Origin: Vicugna vicugna | Taxonomy: Eukaryota | Assembly (NCBI GenBank): GCA_013265495.1 | Contig: MU058384.1 | Location: 993,690-1,057,689 of the forward strand | Direction: 5' to 3' | DNA: 64,000 nt | Shown here: positions 12,000 through 23,083 of the stretch, one piece after another | How the letters are laid out: each line of letters starts with the position of its first letter | How positions within the stretch are numbered: the first letter of the stretch is position 1 | Made by a program: the position numbers and the translations under genes | Notes under the pieces: generated by a model | Databases searched by the model: none | What the model was told of the DNA's origin: nothing | The model's input: only the letters and a program-made list of their open reading frames with translations

Positions 12000-12720
12000 A
12001 CATAGACAACCACAACTAAAGAATATCCAGTGAAAAATCTTCACACTGTAACATTTGGGGTTTCCTCAAATTATTGACTTTCTGACTAATACGAAAATAA
12101 ATCTGCCAGTAGAACAATTTCTACCCACATACAAAGAGACTCCGTAAGTTTTTTGCTACCTCATTCTTTCCAACACAGACAGAAAAGCAATGTCACCAAG
12201 CATTCCAGGAAATCCTATAATAAGAGGAAAAGAGACCAAGATGAAGAAGGAGAAAAATTATTGTGGAGTAAACAAAGATGATGCATATTTAGAATAATCT
12301 AATACTATATCTTCAGAGATATTTGAGAAGATACTGTACTCACCAAACAAGAACAAAATGCTGTAAAAAATTAACACTAAGGGAACAAGGTAATTGCTAG
12401 AAAATATAGGATAGAAGGATAAATTCAAAGAAATCTCTTTGAAAGTATGAAAAGTTTGATAAAAGATAAAAATGATTAATCCAAAGTGTCAACACTTAAC
12501 TAATATGTATTTCAGCAGACTAAAGAAAATTTAGTAGTGCTGAGAAATATTTTCTAAAGAAATAATAAAATACAGTTTCTCATGAAGGACTTGAATACAC
12601 ATGCTTAAGGAGCGCATGGAATGCATAGAAAATGAAGTTTTTAAAAAATGGTCATACCATTGTCAAATTTTAGAAGAAAACAAACCTACTAAAAAATTAT
12701 TTTAAAATGCTTTGTGTTTC
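12000..12720 (+). mobile_element. Very old L1 5'/ORF1 remnants
   Basis: A-rich strand with ORF1-like segments such as AAAGAAATAATAAAATACAGTTTCTC. Confidence 0.45.
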
Positions 12721-12879
12721 TTGTTTCAGTTCCAAGATGTAACAATTTAAGAAGTAGAACTGGGGATGAGAAGACATGGAGTAGAAATTAGTTGATTCAT
12801 TCAATATTTTACAAGTATTATTTAGATTATTGTAATTTTAAAAAAAATAAAATTATTTTAAAATAAACATAATACCCTG

Positions 12880-14335
12880 AATAAAAGATATCTTTTCAAC
12901 AAATGATGCTTGAACAACTGGACATGTACATGCAAAAGAAAAAAATGAATCTAGACATAAACCTTAAACACTTCACAAGAAAATAAGTCAAAATGGATCA
13001 CAGTCTTAAATGTAAAACACAAAACTATAAAACTCCTAGAAGATAACATGAGAAAATCTAGATGATTTTCAGTTTAGCAATGATTTTCAGTTATAGCACT
13101 AAACTCTCAATTTATGAGAGAAATAATTGATAAGCTGGACTTCATCAAAATTAAAAAATTTTGCTCTTCAAAAGACAGTATCATAACAACTAGAAGAAAA
13201 GCCACAGTCTGGGAGAAAGTATTTGCAAAAGACACATCTGATAAAGGGCTCTTATCTAAACTATACAAACAACTCTTAAAATTCAACAATAAAAAAAAAA
13301 GAATTAAAAAAATATAGGACAAAGGCCTTAGCAGACATCTCACCAAAGATAAACAGATGGCAAATAAGCATATGAAAAGATGCTCCAAATCTTGTATCAT
13401 CAGAAAAATAACAATTAAAATAACAGTGAAATACCACTACATACCTATTACAATAGCCAAAATCCAAAACACTGACAATGCCAAATGTTGGCAAAGATGT
13501 GGAGCAACAGGAATTCTCACTCAGTACTGGTGGGAATACAAAATAGTATATCCATTTCAGAAGACAATTTGGTGGTTTCTTACAAAATTAAATACACTGT
13601 TACCATACAATCCATTATCAGTTGTGCTCCTTGGTATTTACCCAAAGAAGCTGAAGAGTATGTCCACACCAAAATTTGCACCTGACTATTTATAGCAGCT
13701 TATTCATAACTGACAAAATTTGGAAGCAACCAAGATGCCCTTCGGCAGGTGAATGAATAAATAACTGTGATACATCCAGACAATGGACTATTGTTAAGCA
13801 CTAAAAAGAAATGATCTATCAAAGCATGAAAAGACATGAAGGGACCTTAAATGTATATTACTAAATGGAAAAAGCCAATCTGAAAAGGTCACAGATACAA
13901 TTTCAACTATGTGACATGCTGGAAAAGACAAAACCATGGAGACAATAAAAAAGATGGGTGGTTGCTATAGGTTAGGGAGGAAGGAAGAATGAATTAGAGG
14001 AGTACAGAGAATTTTAAGGGCAGTGAAAGTACTCTGTATAATACTGTAATAATGGATATATGTCATTATGCATTTGCTCAAATCGATAGAATGCAGAGCA
14101 GCACCAAGAGTGAAACATTATGTAAACTATGGACTCTGGATGATCATGATGTGTCAATGTAAATTTGTCAGTTATAACAAATGTACTACTCTGGTAGGGA
14201 TGGTAAAAATGGGAAAAGGTATACATGTGTGTGGGCAGAAGGTATAAGGAAACTGTGTATAATTTCTGCCCAATTTTGCTGTGAACTGAAAACTGCTCTA
14301 AAAACTAATCTATTAATACATAAATAAATAAACTA
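12880..14335 (+). mobile_element. L1 ORF2 C-terminus plus 3'UTR (L1MC1-like), 5'-truncated
   Basis: ORFs IDKLDFIKIKKFCSSKD (13114) and MANKHMKRCS..CIIR (13357) are the L1 ORF2 C-terminus. The 3'UTR has GGGCAGTGAAA..TACTCTGTAT...TGTAAACTATGGACT...AAAACTGCTCTAAAAA and an A-rich tail. Confidence 0.9.
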
Positions 14336-15074
14336 AATCACAAATATTACTGAATTTGGTATAAATAGATACATAATGAGATAGCATAAAAAGAAAGTAG
14401 TAAACAGAAAGATAGAAGTTTTTGTAATTTCTTAAATAATAGGCTGTCTTCTTGATCTTGAAGTTTAAATCCTCATTTGCATTAAATAACACCTGTGAAT
14501 AAAGCATCAGCTCAACTTTTGGATTTACTTTATTTAACTTTACTATTCAAAGATGAACATTATAGAAATTTACTAGATTAAAATTCTTACATATTTTGTT
14601 CTTTTCTGACATTTCATGCTATTGCAATTGTTTGGTAAGGACTCAGTATTTGAACAAAATGAAACTCAGTCACAGGCAACATTTTTTTTCATCATAGATT
14701 AACAATATATTGGTCAGGATAAGCATTTTCTAAATGAGAAAATAGTTTACTGCAAAACATAAGTACATGCATGTAGAAGTTTTACAGTAATGGAAAATGC
14801 ATACATACTACAGGACAGAATGGACTTGTGAGGTAGAGTTCCACAAGAGGAATTAAAATGTTATGACAAAAGAGAAGATGCATTAGAAGGTATTTCCACT
14901 TGGGGTCATCAAATATTATTTTGTTAACAAAAAAGATAACTTTTGTTGAGTCTTCAAGTCTAAGTGAGATTTTAGGGTCAAGAAAGATAGTCAAAACTGC
15001 ATGGAGACCAAAACTAGGACATGTGTCTGAATAAGAGAGAATCATTTTCATGGAACATACCATTAAGATAATGG

Positions 15075-15255
15075 GGCACGGACACTGGAGTAAGATAACT
15101 GGAGAAACAAATTATGATTCTCATTTCCTATGTTTTAATTTGAATAATATTCTTAACGTCTTAAAATGTCAGTTTTCCTAATACACTCACTAGATAATAA
15201 TGCACAGCTAACATGGCACATTATTATACAGCTTAAACACTGAATAAATAATATA
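15075..15255 (+). mobile_element. MIR SINE remnant
   Basis: GGACACTGGAGTAAGATAACTGG...CTTAACGTCTTAAAATGTCAGTTTTCCTAA...GATAATAAT. Confidence 0.5.
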
Positions 15256-15330
15256 ATTAAACAAAAGCACTGGAAAGCTTTAAACAAGTAACAGTATTAT
15301 TGTTATTAACACAATAAAAATATTTGGTTT

Positions 15331-15610
15331 GACAGAAACAGACTCATAGATACAGAGAATTAGTGGTTACCAGTAGAGAGAGGAAAAAGGGAGGGGCGAC
15401 ATAGGGGTAGGAAATTAAGATGCATAAACTTCTACATACAAAATAAGTAAGCTACAAGGATATACTGTACAGCACAGGGAATATGGACAGTATTTTATAA
15501 TACCTTTAAATGTAGTATAATCTGTAAAAATATAGAATCATTATGTTGTATATCTGAAGCTAATATAATGTTGTAAATCACTGTACTTCAATTTTAAAAA
15601 AATCAAAAAA
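15331..15610 (+). mobile_element. 5'-truncated artiodactyl-type L1 3' end with TSD
   Basis: ACAGAAACAGACTCATAGA...ACTGTACAGCACAGGGAA...TACTTCAATTTTAAAAAAA. Flanks are aaaaatatttggtt (15316-15329) and aaaaaatttggtt (15605-15617). Confidence 0.85.
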
Positions 15611-16339
15611 TTTGGTTCTAATAAAAGACTACAGATTTCTAAAAATGTGTTGCTAAGTTCAAGAAATACCAGAATGGTACTTCTAACTGACTCAAATGGC
15701 TATATACTTTATGGAAGTGACTCCCCCACTTTTTTTCTTATTATGTAAATACTACAAATTAGGTAAATATAAGGCTGTTAAACTATTGTTGAGATATAAA
15801 TGCAATTATTTTAATCTTCCATTAAGCCTATTTGAAGAGATATTAAAAGTATTTCAAGTTGCTATAAGTATAATTCACCTAAAAGTATAACTGTCTCTCT
15901 TTACCTTTTCTGAAAAGATTTTTTTGATTCAAACGGATGAATGTTTCTTTATGAAATGATATAGGTGGCCTACATAGCATGTTTTTCCTCCCCACAAATT
16001 CAACCTGAACTTGACAGCAGCAGAGTTATTGATTAGGTATCATCAGAGCTGACATATACAGAGAGAACATAATTTCACTTTATGGGCTGTTATGCTGTTA
16101 GACAGAATTCATTTTATGAAATGGCTATTGCTAGGCCTTTTATTATAACCACTTTGAAGAATTTTGTTTTACATTTGAATAATATTTTCTTACACCACAT
16201 TGGTTTTCTAATGGCTTATCATTTGTAAATAATTTAACAATGACCTGTTTTATGTACTGTAATATGGGGCACTCAGTAAACATATCAGATCTTTTCAGGT
16301 AAATATTTAATCTCTACACTTGAAAGATGGTTTGCCATG

Positions 16340-16415
16340 TATCTATATATATCCATATATATATCTGTATATCTATGTATCTATATCTATAGCTCTATCT
16401 ATCTATCTATCTATG
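16340..16415. repeat. Imperfect (TATC)/(TA) microsatellite
   Basis: Directly visible. Confidence 0.85.
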
Positions 16416-17039
16416 TACTGGTATACCAAGAGTTACTACTTTGGAACTTCATATCATTTGGCATCATTTTCAATTGAGCTAACATATAGTATTAGTGTTT
16501 TTTTTTTCATTTATACCCACCTGTTCTTACTAAGGTTTTGAAGCAGAATATTTGCTTGGTATGTACCAGGCACTTTCACATTTATTATCTTATTTATACA
16601 AAGATGAAAAATCCCTGGTCTCAAAGTTTCTAGTCTCAAAGCTGCAGAAGTTCATAAACTATAGGCCAGACAAAATCATTTCGAGCCATTTGAAATAAGA
16701 CAGTATATTTTGCTGTTTTAACACTAAGGAAATACTCATTTAGAACATCTTTGGAAGAATACCAGCACTGCCCTAGAGGCTAAATGAATGTTTGGGGCCA
16801 TTGAAAGGACTGTGTTTGGAGTGACTTCCTTATTCACTCAATAAAGGAGGTGACTGAGTGGGCAACAATCAACATGCCAATGCTTGGAATGACTTATTCT
16901 ATGTTGTAAATTTTAAATTTATTTCAGAGCAATCTATATCCCAAATCCGATGACATTCTCAGCTGAGTGGCTTGCAAGTGAAGGCTGACACTTTCTCTTG
17001 TTTATTCTGCTCCCTGTGTGGGAGAAAATATTCCATTCT

Positions 17040-17278
17040 TTAGCTTTATTGAGATATAACTGATGTACAAAAAGACATATATTTAATATTTACATCTTGA
17101 TGAGTTTGGATATATGTGTATACCCATGATAGCATCACCAAAACCAAGGTAAAGCTGTCCATCACCTGCAAAAATTTCTTTGTGTTCTTTGTGGGGTTTT
17201 GGGGAGGCGGGGTTGTTTTTAGTTTTTTGGTAACAACATTTAACTTCAACAAATCTATCCTCTTAATCCATTTTAAAC
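17040..17278 (-). mobile_element. L1MA-type 3'UTR end
   Basis: AGCTTTATTGAGATATAACTGA...GATGAGTTTGGA...CCATCACC...ATCTATCCTCTTAA. Confidence 0.75.
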
Positions 17279-20200
17279 TCTACGTCCCTGACCCTAAATG
17301 TTCATCTTCTTCTCCCCTCTCCACCTCCCTTTCCCTCTCTCCTTTCCTTCTCATCCCCTAACAGCCCCTCTGATAGGCACACATAAACACACATGTCTTC
17401 CTGTTTACTGTTAGGCCACTTATGAGACTAATGTGATGATTACTGACATAGCCACCATTTAATTATCTTGATGTAAATCCTCAGAAAATATATTCTTGCA
17501 TATGCTGAAAAAGAATAAGATGTAAAGAACCAAAAAGTTGAATTATTTAGCTGATAATAAAGGTATTAATTTTATATGTGAGGATCCATTAATGGCATTT
17601 AATGGTGTCTACACACATGCGGACACGCACTGTGTTTTTAAGTATTCTTTCTCTCTAACATCTGTGCAACTCCAATTTTGCATGTATGGGAAATAAAACA
17701 CACATTCCAGAATTTCTTTCTTCTGCTTATGTTGAGTTCTCCGTGGAAAAACGAAGCCAAGAACATAATATTCTCTCTTTTTGATGAATAGCTGATTCCA
17801 TTTTAAAAGGAAAATCCTTCCTTTCAAAAAGCTGTAAAATCGAATTATATTAAAAATAACTCCATCTGGCTCATTGTGGAATATTATTTGAAAATGTATG
17901 CTAAGTATTTTCCCTCACTCGTGAAATAAATATGTGTACATTTACTACGTATCTCATTAATTGAAGTCTGTGTCTGATATTGGGCTTAAGAATCAATGGT
18001 TACTTAAAGATTGACATTGACAGTACTCCCAAGGAGCACCAGTATTAGATGCGCATTATCTATATAGAGCCAGAAAATAATGACCAGCCTAAGGTGGACT
18101 TGTTTTTAATGCTACAAAACAAGCCCTCATTATGTAATAACTTAATAGTTTATACCAATTTACTCTTTACACATCAATTATTTTTACAAGCCTGTTTCTG
18201 CAGGCTTGCAGCCTTGTCCTTTCATTTGAAGCCACTGTCTGGTAGAGAATTAAATCTGAAGAACAGCATTAGAGCCTTCTGATGATGCTCCCCTGCCTCT
18301 CACTCACAGTTACTTGGCTACATGGTAACATTACCAGGAACTTCCAGTCAAGTAGCTGCACAATACATCCCTAACCTGGGGCTCCTGTGATTGATGAAAG
18401 CCCAGGATCAAATGGTACGTTCTCTGACGTGGCTAAGCCTTTATCTGTTGGAGATAATAAGCCAATAAAAATATACTGTGATTCTTCCGCCCAGAACCCT
18501 ATTTGGTCTGAGCATAGGCTATTAAGAACTCGGTTTTTCTGTCTCTTTATTTCTCATTACTTGACATAATAAAGAAAATAAAATATACTGAGTGGATGCC
18601 TGTCTGTCTCCCCTGCCCTCTTTCTTTTTCAATTTTTTTCTATAAACGGAGGAAAAGATGAGAGCCCAATAAATATAGCTGAGGGAATGAAACCTGTGTT
18701 GTTGCTACACCGCACATATTCTTATGGCCTTCTAAATCGTAAAATGTTAACAGCAAAACTAAATCTTGACATGTTGATAGCTAAAACCATACTGCAATAT
18801 GGCACATCAATTGCCTGTTACGTTTTTGAGAACCAAAAAATATTCTCTTCTGTACCATTAACATAAATCATACTGGTTAAAATACTTTAATACTCCAGGT
18901 GTTTTTCTTTTTTCTTTCTTTTTTTTTTTTCCCAGACGGCACATTTGTTGATGTCAGTTTGGGAGGGGGAGGGGAGAGAGAGCAGATAAACTGTAAATTT
19001 GCTGTGGGGTTATGCACACAAATCAAACTCAATAAGCTTGTCAGATGAACACTTCACATTAACGAAATAATAACCTGTCATATGACTTTAAACAGTTTCT
19101 CCTTTTCCTACGTTTCAGAAGAACAGTATAATGCTGTAAGTACCACAGCTGCGTGTTTTTTAATTTTTTTTTAAAGAACAACTTGTTTTTAAAGACTTCC
19201 ATTATCCTATACCTCTCCAGATGTGATTTCTAGCACTGTTGTGAGCGAGGACAATTACTAGGTTTAAGAGAACTTAAGAAATTGTCAATAGTAGATAATT
19301 TTTTGAAACATTCAATGACTGGAAAAATACTGGAAGTAATATTGGGTCCCAGGAGGCACGTATCAATGAATTTTTAAACATACATATGACAATTTTCCTG
19401 TTTTAAATATTTGGAAGGCTGAATGAACATGGTACCCTAAGCAAACAAGGTCAAGACCTCTGTATCCTCTCTGCTAACCATGAGGGTTGTTTTATTCCAA
19501 GCTGCTCTGTCCTCTCACTGGGATGAATATTTCAATCCCTAAAGGTGGCAGCAGCCTCTGTTTGGAACTCTTTCACTTGGAAGATGAACAGAGCTCTAAA
19601 AAACCTCGTAAGTTCTAACTGGGTAATCATACTTTGAATCTGTTTCTCATGAGATCACTTTTATATGTTGGTGTACCAGTTCACTAAAGAGCATGTTTAT
19701 TTTCTGAGTGCCTATCTGGCCCCCCTGGTACTCATGTATTCCCACAGTCATCTCCTTCTATATGCTCTGTTTTCCCTTGTATTGGAACACATTTTGTTGC
19801 TGGATATTGGTAGAGTGCAAGGTGTTAATGCATAATTAAATCCAAGAAGTAACTATAACATCACTCAATGATTCACTAACACTCTCTTAATTTGATGTCT
19901 TGAACCCCTTCCTTAGGCAACTGCAGGTTTTTAAGATATAAATATAGGACACAGTTATTTCAATGAAAAGACTTGCATCTTTAATTACATAAAGTTTCTT
20001 AAATATTTAGAACCCAAGCCAAATGAACATAAATGCCATGCAAAAATGCAAATAAAGAAGTATTCAAAGGTGGAATATGGAGGGCTAAGAAAACACAATA
20101 TAACAGAAATATAATCAGTAATGTACCTTGAAGAATGAGCTGGGCTTGGCATGGAAGTCAGGAGTCAGAGAGGTAATTCCGGGGAGAAAGAAGAAAAGGC

Positions 20201-20711
20201 ACAGGAATTCATCAGAGTCCCATTTGAGACAGCAAGAGTAGTATCACTTGGAAACTTGGGGTGACAAGAGCAAGCACCAGGACAGAAGTTTGGGAAGAAA
20301 TGATGGAACAAGCCTACAGTGGAAAACGGCAAGCCACAGAAGTTATTATTTTTCATAGTTATTTAAACAACCGTTGGAGTTTGAATGGAGGTTTGTAGGG
20401 AAGGAGTAATATAATTCTACATGAACTTTAAGACGTATCACATGACATAAAAGACTAGCAGGTGGAGATGCAGGATGTATCACCCCTGTTTTTCCCCTTA
20501 GAGAACACAATTCCAAGAGCCACCCTAAGTTAAAGAATAATATTTTCCAGACTGTGTCACTAACTAGCTGCATGATAACATGTTGACTAAGTAACACACT
20601 GGTATTTATCCATGAAGTAGGACAACAAATAATGTTCACTGGTAAGTTTCTAGGCATTTGCAAGAGACATACTTTCCATACTGCATCTTTATGTGAATGA
20701 AACTGAAAACT

Positions 20712-20862
20712 ATTATATATAATATATATACACACACACAAGATCATATATGCATTATTATATATATGCATTATATATAGCATATGCATTATACATGTAT
20801 TTTATATAATATAGAATATATTACATGATATTATGTATTTGTGTGTATAAATATACACATAT
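20712..20862. repeat. AT-rich low-complexity (TA/CA/TATGCAT) tract
   Basis: Directly visible. Confidence 0.75.
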
Positions 20863-20927
20863 TCTGGCACCTGGATATACAATTCTCCATGGATACAGAC
20901 ACATGGATTGCTTAACGGGTCTAGAAT

Positions 20928-21016
20928 AACAATATGCTGAATATGTTTAAATAAAAAGAATATGCTTAAACAACATGCTTAAATAAATAGAAGAAAACAA
21001 TATGCTTAAATAAATA
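20928..21016. repeat. Five irregularly spaced copies of AAYATGYTTAAA
   Basis: aatatgctga, aatatgtttaaa, aatatgcttaaa, aacatgcttaaa, aatatgcttaaa. Confidence 0.75.
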
Positions 21017-21191
21017 TAAGATTTGCCCTGTGTACAAATACCAGGATACAAGAATATGATGATAGGTGTGGTTCTTTCAAAAAATACTTCTTGATGCCTG
21101 TAATCAGAGGGGAATGGATTCTATTTAGGGAGCATCTACTCTTCACCCTGATGATCTTCAGAACTCCATGATAAACAAAGCTTTAGACACT

Positions 21192-21384
21192 GCTGGAGAT
21201 ACTGAGTTTACCTACTCAATATTCATTCCCCCTTTCTCTTTTTATAAAATCTTGTCAGGTCAATAAGGCACCAAGCTAAAAGGGTCCTTTTTTCCCTCAG
21301 GCACCCTCTCCACTTACTGCAAGAAATGGCCAACTGAAAAAAACTCTGACCAATGAGAGATAAATAAATGTCTTCTGGAAAGAT
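21192..21384 (+). mobile_element. MaLR MLT1 LTR, 5' part (split by the L1 at 21385-27640)
   Basis: CCTACTCAATATTCATTCCCCTTT...CTCTGACCAATGAGAGATAAATAAATGTC, an MLT1H/J-like signature. Confidence 0.6.
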
Positions 21385-22256
21385 TTTTTAACAGTAGCTT
21401 TATTGAGATATAATCCATATACCCTACAATTCACACATTAAACCATAAAATTTGCTGTAAAATTAAAGTGTGAAGAGCATTTGCTTTTTAATATATTCAC
21501 AATGTTGTGCAACCATCATCACAGTCAAGTATAGAACACCCTCATCAACACAGAAAGAAACTGTGCTAATTATCCCTCCAATCTCCTATGTCCTAGATGA
21601 ATATTACTCCACTTTCTTTCTCTACAGAGTTGACTATTCTGGCCATTTCACACAAATAGGATCAAGTAACGTGCAGTCTTTTGTGACAGGCTTGTTTCAT
21701 TTAATATAATGTTTTCAAGGTGTCCATGTTGTAGCATTATTCTTTTTTATTGCTGATAATATCCCATTGTGTGAACAGACAGTATTTTATTGATCCATTC
21801 ACCAGTTAATACAGAGGTGAGTCATTTCCACTTTCTGGAAATTATGAGTAATACAACATTCATGTCCAAGTTATTGTGTGAACATAGATTTTTATTTCTT
21901 TTTGGATATGTCCACTTGAGAATGGAATTTCTGGGTCATACAGTAACATTAGTAACAAATAATATTTTTGTTTAACTTTTAAACATTTTATTAAATTTTT
22001 ATCTTCATGTTTTTTAAGGAATTGCCACAATGTTTTTCAAAGCCACTCCTCTGTCATACATTCTCAGGGTTCCACTTTCTCTGCATCCTCACCAATATTT
22101 GTTATAATCTTTCTTTTTATCATAAACTTTCTCTTAGGTATCAGGTGTTATCAAATAGTTTTGGTTTTAATTCCTTAACTGCTAAAAATTCGAAGAACCT
22201 TTCCATGTTCTTATGGGGCATTTGTATATACTCTTTGGAGAAATGTTTATTAGATC

Positions 22257-22843
22257 TTTGCAGTTAAGTGTTGTCTGACACAGTCACACCTGACACATTC
22301 CAAAGAACCAAGAAAGTTCTGCTCCTTGACTGGCTTCTGAGACAAAACCTCTAAGCCCTTGCAACATCCTGCATGATAAGAGTTTCTTTGTTTTCCTGGG
22401 ATCTTGGGCCATACCAGATAGAGAGTTTATTCTACAATGCTATTTATGGTGGGGGACTTAGGCCACATGATTTGATTAGTTTGACCTCTGGAGGTGTAGG
22501 ACACTGAGTAATAAAGATCAGTCACATGTGCATTTTATGCTTACCTGATTGACCCCAATGAAGACCTGAACACCTAGGCTCAAATGTGCTTCCCTAGTTG
22601 GCAATACTTCGTGCTGTTGTCATACATCACTATGGGAAGAATTAGGCAATGTCCGTATGGCTCCAATGAGAGGACAGCTGGAAGCTCGTGGCTGGTCACT
22701 CAGGGACTCATGCTGCTTTTCCCTTTGCTGATTTTATTCCCTGTTCTTTTACTGTAACAAACCATAACTGTAAACGTAACACACAGTTCTATGAGTCCTT
22801 CTAGTGAATCACAGAACACGAGTGTTCTTGAGAACCGCTGACA
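22257..22843 (+). mobile_element. Solo LTR, MER77-like (ERVL), nested in L1
   Basis: AACCTCTAAGCCCTTG..CATCCTG..TGATAAGAG...TTGACCTCTGGAGG, ending in ACA. Perfect 5-bp TSD agatc at 22252-22256 and 22844-22848; L1 sequence resumes immediately after. Confidence 0.85.
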
Positions 22844-23044
22844 AGATCTTTTGCCCAATTTTTAATTGGGCCATTTTTCTTCTATTGTTGAATTATAAGA
22901 GTTATTTTATATATTCTAGATATTAACCCCTTAACAGATATATAAATAAATTACAATTTTTCCCATCTTGTAATTTGTCTTTTCATTTTTTTGATGATGT
23001 CTTTTTAAGCAAAAAAATGTTTTTAGTGTTGCTGCAGTCCAGTT

Positions 23045-23083
23045 TATCTGTCTATCTATCTGTCTATCTATCTATCTATCTAT
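23045..23083. repeat. (TCTA/TCTG)n tetranucleotide microsatellite
   Basis: Directly visible. Confidence 0.9.

Noticed and set aside
4600..12990. L1 at 1390-4710 and L1 at 12880-14335 as one element split by an 8-kb insertion
   Set aside because: They overlap by ~100 bp in L1 coordinates with many differences, and the intervening DNA contains ancient MIRs and unique sequence. Independent insertions are more likely.
18961..18980. G-quadruplex candidate
   Set aside because: Only three G-runs of three or more.
20346..20789. 147-aa minus-strand ORF
   Set aside because: It starts in a TA-rich low-complexity tract, has no recognisable domain and no convincing splice context.
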